Assembly: GCF_035285525.1 (NCBI RefSeq)
Contig: NZ_JAYKGW010000134.1
Coordinates: 1-27,242, forward strand
From: Okeania sp.
GTDB lineage: Bacteria; Cyanobacteriota; Cyanobacteriia; Cyanobacteriales; Microcoleaceae
Reading direction: 5' to 3'
DNA length: 27,242 bases
Shown: piece by piece, positions 1 through 9,900 of the stretch
Position numbering within the stretch: position 1 is the first letter of the stretch
Layout: each line of letters starts with the position of its first letter
Notes under the pieces: generated by a model
The model's input: the letters and a program-made list of their open reading frames with translations, nothing else
Database searches by the model: none
What the model was told of the DNA's origin: nothing
Position numbers and translations under genes: made by a program

Positions 1-404
1 TGTTTGCAGGGGCGGGTCTAATCAGTAAGCTAACGAGTCTTCAGGTTAAGCTAGCTAGACCCGCCCTTTGTTTGCAGGGGCGGGTCTGAGCAGTCAGCTA
101 ACGAGTCTTCAAGTTAAGCTAGCTAGACCCGCCCTTTGTTTGTAGGGGCGGGTCTGAGCAGTAAGCTAACGAGTCTTCAAGTTAAGCTAACTAGACCCGC
201 CCTTTGTAGGGGCGGGTCTAATCAGTAAGCTAACGAGTCTTCAAGTTCAGCTAACTAGACCCGCCCTTTGTTTGCAGGGGCGGGTCTAATCAGTAAGCTA
301 ACGAGTCTTCAAGTTCAGCTAGCTAGACCCACCCTTTGTTTGCAGGGGCGGGTCTAATCAGTAAGCTAACGAGTCTTCAAGTTCAGCTAACTAGACCCGC
401 CCCT
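1..404 (+). repeat. Tandem array of at least 6 copies of a ~68-bp unit (one 64-bp variant), each a long GC-clamped hairpin; truncated by the window edge
   Basis: Units start at 1, 69, 137, 205, 269 and 337 (period 68; the unit at 205 lacks 4 nt). Each unit reads TGTTTGCAGGGGCGGGTCTA-N35-TAGACCCGCCCTT. The arms GGGCGGGTCTA and TAGACCCGCCC are perfect inverted repeats, followed by TTTGTTTG on the + strand. There is no unique spacer between units. Confidence 0.9.
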
Positions 405-504
405 GCTACAGCAGAGGGTTTGGAGAGCAAAACCCTACAGTCTTAAATTCTAGCGATACTACCGGACATAATATAACTTTCACCGCCAACCAGCACTACC
501 ACAA

Positions 505-1041
505 TTAATCCTTACCAAGAGTTAATTTCAAACTTAACTTATAGTCAGTATCTTTGCCATCGTCTGGCGACCAAATATTGACATAATAAACATCAGGTTC
601 TAAAAATGTCGAGATTGATTCCGCTATGGTGCTAGGTTTAAAGGAACCATCAACCCACTTTTCTTCACTATCGTACAAATATGATATACATCTGCATTAC
701 TGCTTGCAGCAGTTTTCATTTTAGTGAACCACAGTAAGGAGGTTGCATGCAAGGTCTCTACAAGGTTTTGGTTATAGCGATGTGGTTTATCCATTTGAAA
801 AGCGCTGTAGTCCCTTTAGTGTAAGATTTAAGGTTCCGCCTTCACCACCTACGGGAAAAGTGTAATAGTCACCCCAATCTATATCTCCCACAAATTCCTT
901 AAAAGCGCGTTTCTTGTTTTTGAGAATACCAAATATTGCGAGCAGTTTCAAAGGTGTTGTCTTTTTCGCTAAATTCCAATAGCTGACAAAATTCAGACAT
1001 TTTCTTATGTAAGGTTTTTCCTTCTCTGACAATGTAAGCAT
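505..1041 (-). pseudogene. Probable frameshifted remnant of a small SMI1/KNR4 (SUKH)-like protein gene
   Basis: The 84-aa ORF 787-1041 (..FPVGGEGGTLNL..) ends at a TAA. Two further minus-strand frames continue without a usable start: MDKPHRYNQNLVETLHATSLLWFTK.. and ..ISYLYDSEEKWVDGSFKPSTIAESISTFLEPDVYYVNIWSPDDGKD*, with the stop at 505-507. The last segment resembles the C-terminal 'vy.wdhe...a.sf..fl' pattern of SUKH-family proteins. The family assignment rests on pattern recall only. Confidence 0.35.
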
Positions 1042-1145
1042 TCAACTTCTTCCTTCTTCCTTCTTCAAATTAAATAAAAGCTAAAAAGGTTTTTTGTGTT
1101 ATAACTTTTAATAGCTACCATAGCCATAAATTTATTAAAAATCCT

Positions 1146-4100
1146 ATGATTAAATTACCAAATTATCACATAGCTAAAAAAATTTATACAGGAACCAGAA
1201 CTACAGTTTATCGTGGGTTAAATACTACTAATCAACAACCAGTAGTTATTAAAGTTATCAATAAAGAATACCCAACATTCTCGGAATTATTACAATTTCG
1301 TCATCAATATACCATTACTAGAAATCTGAATTTATCGGGAATTGTCAAACCTATCTCTCTGGAAAAATATGGTAATGGTTATGCTTTAATTATGGAAGAT
1401 ATTGGAGCAATATCTCTCAAAAAATACCTCAGTAATCAACAATTAAATCTCCCAAATTTTCTAGAACTTGCTATTTCCATAGTGAAAATATTAGAAGATT
1501 TATATCATCATCAGATTATTCATAAAGATATTAAACCTTCTAATATTGTGATTAATCCAGATACTGGAGATATTAAATTAATTGATTTTAGTATTTCTAC
1601 GTTATTACCGAGAGAAACTCAAGAAATTATTAATCCTAATGTTTTGCAAGGTACTTTGGCATATATGTCTCCTGAACAAACCGGGAGAATGAATCGAGGT
1701 ATCGACTATCGGAGTGATTTTTATTCTTTAGGTATTACCTTCTATGAAATACTCACTAATCAATTACCTTTTATTTCTAATGACCCCATAGAATTAGTTT
1801 ATTTTCATATTGCTAAAGAACCAACTCCACCTACCGAGTTAAATACAGAAATACCAGAAACAATCAATAATATTATTCGGAAAATGATGGCTAAAAATGC
1901 GGAAGAACGCTATCAGAATGCTTTTGGATTAAAACATGATTTAGAAACTTGTTTAAACTCTTGGCAAGCAATAGGAAATATTCCTATCTTTGAGTTAGGA
2001 AAACGAGATATTTCTGACCGTTTCACTATACCGGAAAAACTTTATGGTCGCCAAGAGGAAGTTGAGAATTTATTAGATGCTTTTGAAAGAGTGGCTCAAG
2101 GTGAAAGTGAAATTATGTTGGTAGCTGGTTTTTCTGGTATTGGCAAAACCGCAGTAATTAATGAAGTTCATAAACCTATAGTTCGTCAAAGAGGTTATTT
2201 TATTAAGGGTAAATTTGACCAATTTCAACGTAATATTCCTTTTAGTGCTTTGGTACAAGCTTTTCGAGATTTAATGGGAGAATTGTTGAGTGAAACTGCT
2301 AATCAATTAGAGGAATGGAAGACTAAAATTTTGGCAGCATTGGGAGTTCAGGGGCAGGTTATTATTGACGTGATTCCAGAACTAGAATTGATTATTTATC
2401 CTCAACCAGCGGTGGAAGAATTATCAGGAAGTGCAGGGGAAAATAGGTTTAATTTACTGTTTTTAAAATTCATTAAAGTTTTTACGACTAAAGAACATCC
2501 TTTGGTAATATTTTTGGATGATTTACAATGGGCAGATACGGCTTCTTTGAAGTTGATGCAGTTATTAATGAGTGAGAAAAATAGTCAACATTTATTATTG
2601 TTAGGAGCTTATCGGGATAATGAGGTAAATCCGACTCATCCTCTGATATTAACATTAGAGGAAATTGTCAAAAATTCAGCTATTGTAAATACTATTACTT
2701 TAAAACCTTTGGCATTAAGTTCAGATGTCAATCCTTTAGTAGCAGATACTCTTCATTGTTCCGAAGAAATAGCATTTCCATTGGCGGAGTTAGTATATCA
2801 AAAAACTAAAGGAAATCCATTTTTTCTGACTCAATTTCTGAAGGCATTGTACAAAGAAGAATTAATTACTTTTAATTATGAGGTGAATTATTGGGAATGC
2901 GACATTGCGAAAGTTAAGTTATTATCTTTAACTGATGATGTGGTAGAGTTTATGGCAACTCGTCTGCAAAAGTTGTCGTCGTCAACTCAAGAGGTAATGA
3001 AATTAGCAGCTTGTATCGGTAATAAATTTAATTTAGAAACTTTAGGTATTGTCTCCGAAAAGTCTTTGGGAGAAACAGCGAATAATTTATGGGAGGCATT
3101 GCAAGAAGGATTAGTTTTACCAGTGACAGAAATGTATAAGTTTTATATTTCAGAAGAGTCGAATTTGACAGATTTTCCCGGAATAAAAACTGATGCTAAT
3201 TATAGATTTTTGCATGACAGAGTACAGCAGGCAGCTTATTTGTTAATTCCCAAAGCAGAAAAACAAATAACTCATTTAAAAATCGGCAGATTATTATTAG
3301 AAAATATCCCAGAAAGTGAAAGACAAGAGAGAATTTTTGATATTGTTAATCAGTTAAATTATGGAGTAAATTTAATCTCAGATTCTAGGGAACGAGAACA
3401 ACTGGCAGAGTTAAATTTAATGGCGGGAAAGAAGGCAAAAGTTTCTACTGCTTATATGGCTGCAATTAATTATTTCACTTTTGGTTTAGAGTTATTGCCA
3501 GAAAATAGTTGGCAAATAAAATACAATTTAACTCTGGATATATATGTAGAAATGATAGAAGCAGAATATTTAACAACTAATTTTGAAAGGTCAGTTGATT
3601 TAGCAGAAATTGTCTTACAAAAAACCAAAAATATAATAGATAAGGTGAAAGTATATGAGCTAAAAATTCAAATTTATGTAGCTAAACTTGAGTTAAATAC
3701 AGCTATAGAGGTAGGACTTCAGGTACTCGAAATTATGGAAATTAGTTTGGTAGAATCTTGTCCTCCTATTGAAGTAATTGAAAATTTAGCTAACCTGCCA
3801 GAAATGACCGATCAAAACAAGCTGGGAGCTATGAGAATTTTAGTTGCTCTGATATCGCCAGTTTATTTTTTAAATTCTCCACTACTTTCACAAATAATTT
3901 TTACTATGATTTCTTTGTCACTCCAGTATGGTAATTCTACCTATTCAGCCTATGGATATGTTTTAAATGGATTATTTTTGTGTGGAATAATGTCAGAATT
4001 TGAGTCTGGATATTGCTATGGCAAACTAGCATTAAATTTACTAGAAAAATTTAATACTAAAGAATTAAAATCAAGAATCTTGATGGTTTTTAATGGTAAT

Positions 4101-6479
4101 GTTCGACATTGGCGAGAACATTATCGAGTTACGTGCAAACCTTTAGTAGAAGCAATTGAAGTAGGTTTATCTACAGGAGATATTGAATATGCTAGCTATG
4201 CAGTATATGACTATATTAATGCTGTACTGGCAATGGGAGAAAATTTAGAATCTCTGAGTAAAAAGCAAAGTAATTATGTGCAGTTAATGCAAAATCTTAA
4301 GCAGGAACATTCAACTAATTGTGTGAAAATTCAATGGCAGACAGTATTAAATCTTTTAGATAAATCTGAAAATAGTTTCCAACTAATAGGTACGGCTTTT
4401 GATGAAACCAAAATGTTACCAATTTTTAGGGATTCAAAAAATGCCATCCTCCTGTTTTATACCTATTTATATAAAGGTAAATTACTATATCTTTTTCAAC
4501 ACTCTGAAGAAGCTATTCAAGCTTTTAGTATGGCAGAAAAATATATAGATTCAGTAGCAGGTATGCTGATAGTTGCCCAACATAATTTCTATTATTCTTT
4601 AGCATTATTAGAATTTGTTAGACTCAAATCTTGGCAAAATCAAAATAATAATAATTCTTGGTTAAAAAAAGTAGAAATTAATCAGAAAAAGATGGAAATT
4701 TGGGCGCATCATGCTCCCATGAATTATTTACATAAATTTTATCTCGTAGAAGCAGAAAAACATCGGGTACTTCATAACTATCTCCAAGCAATAGAATTTT
4801 ATGAACAAGCGATCGCGATCGCTACAGAGAATGAATATATTCACGAAGTTGCTATCGCTAACGAACTGGCAGCGAAATTTTACTTAGAGTGGAATAAGGA
4901 AACTATTGCCCAAGCATACCTAATTAAAGCTTACTACGCTTATGCTCAGTGGGGAGCAGTTGCTAAACTAAAATACCTGGAAAAATGCTACGGGGATATA
5001 CTGAAACCTCTACAACAAGAATCTAATTTGACTTCTAGTTTAACTACCGATACTGTCACATATACAAGTAGCAATACTTCTTTAGTGCTTGACTTCAGTA
5101 GTTTAATCAAAGTAACTCAAGCTATTTCTGGTGAAATTAAACTAGAGAATTTACTATCGGTTTTAATGCGAGCTACTCTAGAAAATGCTGGTGCGGAAAA
5201 AGGTTATTTAATCCTTCCTCAAGGAGAAAATTGGGTGATAGAAGCTGAAGCTATTCGTAATAGTAATCTAGGGGAAGAATTACAATTAATATCAAAACAT
5301 TCTCTTCCTCTTGAGTCTACAAATAAACTTCCTAATTCTCTCATTTATTATGTGGCACGTACTCAACAAACTGTGGTACTTGATGATGCTGCTAATGAAG
5401 CTAAGTTTGCTGCCGATTCTTACATTCAAAATTATCAACCCAAAAGTATTTTATGTATTCCTATTATTAATCTTTCTCAATTTATTGGCATATTATATCT
5501 CGAAAATAATCTGACAGCAGGAGCTTTTACTAGGGAGCGATTAGAAATATTAAAAGTTTTAACTACTCAAGCAGCTTTCTCTTTAGAAAATGCCAGACTT
5601 TATCAAGAATCTCAGAACTATGCTCAACAATTAGAGGAAACACAACTACAACTTGTGCAAAATGAAAAAATGGCATCTATTGGGCAATTAACTACCGGAG
5701 TTGCTCACGAAATTAACAATCCAGTAGGTTTTATTTCTGGCAATTTAGCTCATGCTTCTGATTATATCCAAAATATGATTAATCTTTTGAACCTCTACCG
5801 TCAAACTTTCCCTCAACCAGGAGTAAAAATTTTAGAGGAAATGGAGGCAATGGAGTTGGATTATCTGATGGAAGACTTACCTAACATGATTGATTCTATG
5901 AAAGAAGGTATCGAGCGGATTACTGAAATTAGCAAATCGATGCGTACTTTCTCTCGCGGGGATCAGACAAGTAAGATATCTTTTAATATCCAGGATGGCA
6001 TAAATAGCACTTTATTAATTCTCAAACATCGACTCAAAGCTAACAATAATCGTCCGGAAATTCAAATAGTAAAAAACTATGGAAATTTGCCAACAATAAG
6101 TTGTTATCCCGGACAATTAAATCAAGTTTTTATGAATTTAATTGCTAATGCTATTGATGCTTTAGAAGAAAGTAATATGGGGAAAACTTTTACGGAAATT
6201 AAAACAGCACCAAATCAGATTGCTATTACTACAGAAATTGACCAAGAAAAACAGCAGGCAATTATTAAAATAAGAGATAATGGTATGGGTATGAGTGAGG
6301 AGGTGAAAAAGAAAGTATTTGGTCATTTATTTACGACTAAACCAGTAGGAAAAGGAACTGGTTTAGGTTTATCAATTTCTCAGCAAATAGTAGAAGAAAA
6401 ACATGGAGGTAAAATTAGTTGTATTTCTGAGTTAGGAAAAGGAACTGAGTTTATTATTAGTTTACCAATTAATGTATAA
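1146..6479 (+). CDS. Multidomain dual kinase: Ser/Thr kinase, AAA_16/STAND NTPase, TPR-like helical region, GAF, histidine kinase (HstK-like), paralogue 1
   Basis: Uninterrupted 1777-aa ORF. STK motifs: VVIKV Lys, catalytic loop HKDIKPSN (1521-1544), DFS (1584-1592), SPE. NTPase: Walker A GFSGIGKT (2127-2150), Walker B VIFLDD (~2505-2522). GAF at ~5088-5600. HK: H-box AHEINNP (His codon 5706-5708), N-box NLIANAIDA, G1 DNGMGM (6276-6293), F-box FGHLFTTK, G2 GKGTGLGLS. No receiver domain. Confidence 0.95.
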   Translation: MIKLPNYHIAKKIYTGTRTTVYRGLNTTNQQPVVIKVINKEYPTFSELLQFRHQYTITRNLNLSGIVKPISLEKYGNGYALIMEDIGAISLKKYLSNQQLNLPNFLELAISIVKILEDLYHHQIIHKDIKPSNIVINPDTGDIKLIDFSISTLLPRETQEIINPNVLQGTLAYMSPEQTGRMNRGIDYRSDFYSLGITFYEILTNQLPFISNDPIELVYFHIAKEPTPPTELNTEIPETINNIIRKMMAKNAEERYQNAFGLKHDLETCLNSWQAIGNIPIFELGKRDISDRFTIPEKLYGRQEEVENLLDAFERVAQGESEIMLVAGFSGIGKTAVINEVHKPIVRQRGYFIKGKFDQFQRNIPFSALVQAFRDLMGELLSETANQLEEWKTKILAALGVQGQVIIDVIPELELIIYPQPAVEELSGSAGENRFNLLFLKFIKVFTTKEHPLVIFLDDLQWADTASLKLMQLLMSEKNSQHLLLLGAYRDNEVNPTHPLILTLEEIVKNSAIVNTITLKPLALSSDVNPLVADTLHCSEEIAFPLAELVYQKTKGNPFFLTQFLKALYKEELITFNYEVNYWECDIAKVKLLSLTDDVVEFMATRLQKLSSSTQEVMKLAACIGNKFNLETLGIVSEKSLGETANNLWEALQEGLVLPVTEMYKFYISEESNLTDFPGIKTDANYRFLHDRVQQAAYLLIPKAEKQITHLKIGRLLLENIPESERQERIFDIVNQLNYGVNLISDSREREQLAELNLMAGKKAKVSTAYMAAINYFTFGLELLPENSWQIKYNLTLDIYVEMIEAEYLTTNFERSVDLAEIVLQKTKNIIDKVKVYELKIQIYVAKLELNTAIEVGLQVLEIMEISLVESCPPIEVIENLANLPEMTDQNKLGAMRILVALISPVYFLNSPLLSQIIFTMISLSLQYGNSTYSAYGYVLNGLFLCGIMSEFESGYCYGKLALNLLEKFNTKELKSRILMVFNGNVRHWREHYRVTCKPLVEAIEVGLSTGDIEYASYAVYDYINAVLAMGENLESLSKKQSNYVQLMQNLKQEHSTNCVKIQWQTVLNLLDKSENSFQLIGTAFDETKMLPIFRDSKNAILLFYTYLYKGKLLYLFQHSEEAIQAFSMAEKYIDSVAGMLIVAQHNFYYSLALLEFVRLKSWQNQNNNNSWLKKVEINQKKMEIWAHHAPMNYLHKFYLVEAEKHRVLHNYLQAIEFYEQAIAIATENEYIHEVAIANELAAKFYLEWNKETIAQAYLIKAYYAYAQWGAVAKLKYLEKCYGDILKPLQQESNLTSSLTTDTVTYTSSNTSLVLDFSSLIKVTQAISGEIKLENLLSVLMRATLENAGAEKGYLILPQGENWVIEAEAIRNSNLGEELQLISKHSLPLESTNKLPNSLIYYVARTQQTVVLDDAANEAKFAADSYIQNYQPKSILCIPIINLSQFIGILYLENNLTAGAFTRERLEILKVLTTQAAFSLENARLYQESQNYAQQLEETQLQLVQNEKMASIGQLTTGVAHEINNPVGFISGNLAHASDYIQNMINLLNLYRQTFPQPGVKILEEMEAMELDYLMEDLPNMIDSMKEGIERITEISKSMRTFSRGDQTSKISFNIQDGINSTLLILKHRLKANNNRPEIQIVKNYGNLPTISCYPGQLNQVFMNLIANAIDALEESNMGKTFTEIKTAPNQIAITTEIDQEKQQAIIKIRDNGMGMSEEVKKKVFGHLFTTKPVGKGTGLGLSISQQIVEEKHGGKISCISELGKGTEFIISLPINV

Positions 6480-6728
6480 TATGAGGCAAAATCAGTGCAG
6501 CAGAGCAAAATTTTAGCTGCGAAAGCAACGACAGAACTAGCAGAGGGGACTGAATGAAAAAAAAGTGTTAAATTAGTAAAAACAAAACTGTTTTCTTGTG
6601 TTATAACTTCTATAATTCTTATATAGTAATCTGATTTTAGTTGTATTCAAAATTTCAAAGCTTTTTAGAGAACAGGCGGGAGTTACGGTACGGTTCCCCA
6701 GAAATCGGAGAGAAATCAGTTTTTTTAT

Positions 6729-6839
6729 TAGACATCTCCAAAAATAAAAAATTAAATCAATTCTTATCCATAAATTATCAATTATTTCTTCCTGTTCCCT
6801 GTTCCCTGTTAAGCGTTCCCTCTTTTCTGGAGATGTCTA
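6729..6839. repeat. 111-bp palindromic element (12-bp perfect terminal inverted repeats) enclosing a heptamer tract
   Basis: TAGACATCTCCA (6729-6740) and TGGAGATGTCTA (6828-6839) are exact reverse complements. The interior contains CCTGTTCCCTGTTCCCTGTT (6791-6810). The element lies in the ~260 nt that are present upstream of paralogue 2 and absent upstream of paralogue 1. Confidence 0.7.
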
Positions 6840-6907
6840 TTGACTTTTTTGATGTGTGACAACCTATGCGCGGATTACTATAAAACCATAAATTTATTAA
6901 AAATCCT

Positions 6908-9900
6908 ATGATTAAATTACCAAATTATCACATAACTCAACAAATTTATACAGGAACCACAACTACGGTTTATCGTGGATTAAATACCACGAATCAAAAA
7001 CCAGTAGTTATCAAATTTCTCAATAAAGAATACCCGACCTTTTCTGATTTATTACAATTTCGGCATCAATATACTATTACTAAAAATCTGAATTTACCAG
7101 GGACTGTTAAACCTATTTCCCTAGAAAAATATGGTAATGGTTATGCCTTCATTATGGAAGATATTGGGGCAGTCTCCCTCAAGACATACCTAAATCATCA
7201 AAAATTAAGTCTGCAAAGTTTTCTGGAACTGGCGATTTCCATAGTTGAAATATTAGAAGATTTATATCATCATCAAATTATTCATAAAGATATTAAACCT
7301 TCTAATATTGTGATTAATCCAGAGACTGGAGATATTAGATTAATTGACTTTAGTATTTCTACATTATTACCTAGAGAAACTCAAGAAATTGTCAATCCTA
7401 ATGTCCTCGAAGGTACTCTGGCATATATTTCCCCAGAACAAACAGGTAGAATGAATCGAGGTATTGACTACCGGAGTGATTTTTATTCTTTAGGGATTAC
7501 ATTCTATGAAATCCTCGCCAACCAATTACCTTTTATTTCTAATGACCCCCTAGAATTAGTTTATTTTCATATTGCTAAAGAACCAATTCCACCTACGGAT
7601 ATAAATACAGAAATACCAGAAATGGTAAATAATATTATTCTGAAAATGATGGCGAAAAATGCGGAGGAACGCTATCAGAATGCTTTTGGATTAAAGCACG
7701 ATTTAGAAACTTGTTTAAAATATTGGCAAGAAACCAACAATATTCCTTTATTTGAGTTAGGAAAACGGGATATTTCTGACCGTTTTAGTATACCTGAAAA
7801 ACTCTATGGTCGTCAAACAGAAGTTCAGAATTTATTAGATGCTTTTGAAAGAGTGGCTCAAGGAGAGAGTGAAATTATGTTAGTAGCGGGTTTTTCAGGT
7901 ATTGGAAAAACTGCAGTTATTAATGAAGTTCATAAACCAATAGTTCGTCAACGGGGTTATTTTATTAAGGGTAAGTTTGACCAATTTCAACGGAATATTC
8001 CTTTTAATGCTTTTGTACAAGCTTTTCGGGATTTAATGGGAGAATTATTGAGTGAAACGGCTAATCAATTACAGGAATGGAAGACTAAAATTCTCTCAGT
8101 ATTAGGTGAAAATGGGCAGGTTATTATTGAAGTGATTCCGGAACTAGAGTTGATTATTTCTCCTCAACCACAGGTAGAAAAATTATCAGGAAGTGCAGCG
8201 GAAAATAGGTTTAATTTATTGTTTTTAAATTTGATTAAAGTCTTTGCGACTCAAGAACATCCTTTGGTAATATTTTTGGATGATTTACAGTGGGCAGATA
8301 CGGCTTCTTTGAGGTTGATACAGTTGTTAATGAGTGAGAAAAATAGTCAACATTTATTATTATTAGGAGCTTATCGGGATAATGAGGTAAATCCGACTCA
8401 TCCTCTGATATTAACATTAGCAGAAATTGTGAAAAGTTCGGCTATTGTTAATACTATTACTTTAGAACCTCTGGAACTAATTTTTGATGTAAACCCTTTA
8501 GTAGCGGATACTCTTCATTGTCATCAAGAAATAGCATTTCCTTTGGCGGAATTAGTAGATCAAAAGACTAAAGGAAATCCTTTTTTTGTTACTCAATTTC
8601 TCAAAGCATTGTACAAGGAAAAGTTAATTACTTTTAATTATGAGGTGAGTTATTGGGAGTGTGATATTGCTCAGGTAAAGTTATTTTCTCTTACAGATGA
8701 TGTGGTAGAGTTTATGGCAACTCGTCTCCAAAAATTGTCATCTGAAACTCAGGAGGTAATGAAATTAGGAGCTTGTATTGGTAATAAGTTTAATTTAGAA
8801 ACTTTAGCTATTGTTTCAGAAAAGTCTGTGGCAGAAACAGCTAATAATTTGTGGTCGGCATTGCAAGAAGGGTTGGTTTTACCAGTGACAGAAGTCTATA
8901 AATTTTATACTTCAGAAGAGTCTAGTTTTACAGATTTTCAAGCCATAGAAACTGATGCTAATTATAGATTTTTGCACGACCGGGTACAGCAAGCTGCTTA
9001 TTTGTTAATACCAGAAGAGGAAAAACAAATTACTCATTTAAAAATCGGGCGATTATTATTAGAAAATATTCCAGAAAATCAAAGGCAAGAAAGAATTTTT
9101 GATATTGTTAATCAGTTAAATTATGGGGTAGATTTAATTTCTGATTCCACAGAAAGAGAACAACTGGCGGAGTTAAATTTAATGGCTGGGAAAAAGGCTA
9201 AAGTTTCAACCGCTTATAATGCTACGGTGAATTATCTAAATATAGGTAGAGAGTTATTAACAGCTAATAGTTGGGAAACGAACTACGAATTAACATTAGC
9301 TTTGTATGTAGAATCAGCAGAAATAAGATATTTAATAGGTGAATATGAAGAAATGGAAAATTTAGCTGAAGTTGTACAACAGCAAGCTAAAATTTTATTA
9401 GATAAAGTTCCAGTTTACATAACAAAAATTCAAGCTGAATTTGCTCAATATCAATTTCTTGAAGGTCTCGATATGGCAACAAAAATTCTTCAAGATATGG
9501 GATTAAAATTATTCCCTAGAACAACAGAAGAAGAGTTGTTTTCTGGTATTCAAGAATTACAGTCATTTCTGGGCGATCGCTCCCCTGAAGACTTCAAACA
9601 ACTTCCAGAAATGACAAACCCGGAAAAGTTAGTCTTAGTGCAAATTCTAGAATTAATAGGAGCAGCAGCTTTTATTAGTGGGTCTCCGTTGTGGTCTAGT
9701 ATAGTTTTTGCCCTGATTACTTTATCTGTCGAATGGGGAAATACATCTGCTTCTGCTTATGGATACACTTGTTATGGAATAATGTTGTGGATCAAAGGAG
9801 AAATTGGAGTTGCTTATCAATTATCTCAGGTAACTTATGGGGTATTTGAAACTTATGGTGGAGATGCTATTAAAGGAGCAGTAGTAGCAGATATACACCT

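Noticed and set aside
1-404. CRISPR array interpretation of the 68-bp periodic repeats
   Set aside because: The units abut each other with no unique spacers, since the whole 68 bp is repeated. The palindromic arms are separated by a conserved loop, and no cas genes or leader are visible. This is a tandem repeat, not repeat-spacer architecture.
2073-2258. Minus-strand 61-aa ORF inside kinase 1; likewise 8235-8417 and 11677-11901 inside kinase 2
   Set aside because: They are fully embedded antisense to long, motif-rich CDSs. Their composition is low-complexity and AT-codon driven, and none matches a recognisable family.
3456-4691. Diversity-generating retroelement (TR/VR) explanation for the hyper-diverged block between the kinase paralogues
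   Set aside because: The differences are not confined to adenine-templated positions, the whole 1.2-kb block is diverged, and no reverse transcriptase or template-repeat copy is present in the window.
5311-5514. Alternative-frame + strand ORFs (5311-5514 and 11079-11270) that look conserved between the two kinase genes
   Set aside because: Their similarity is a by-product of the ~92% identical GAF-coding nucleotides of the duplicated genes. Both are out-of-frame overlaps with hydrophobic, low-complexity translations.
6641-6859. 72-aa ORF in the kinase1-kinase2 spacer
   Set aside because: It spans the 6729-6839 palindromic element and the heptamer tract and starts with TTG. The translation is repeat-derived, so coding is unlikely.
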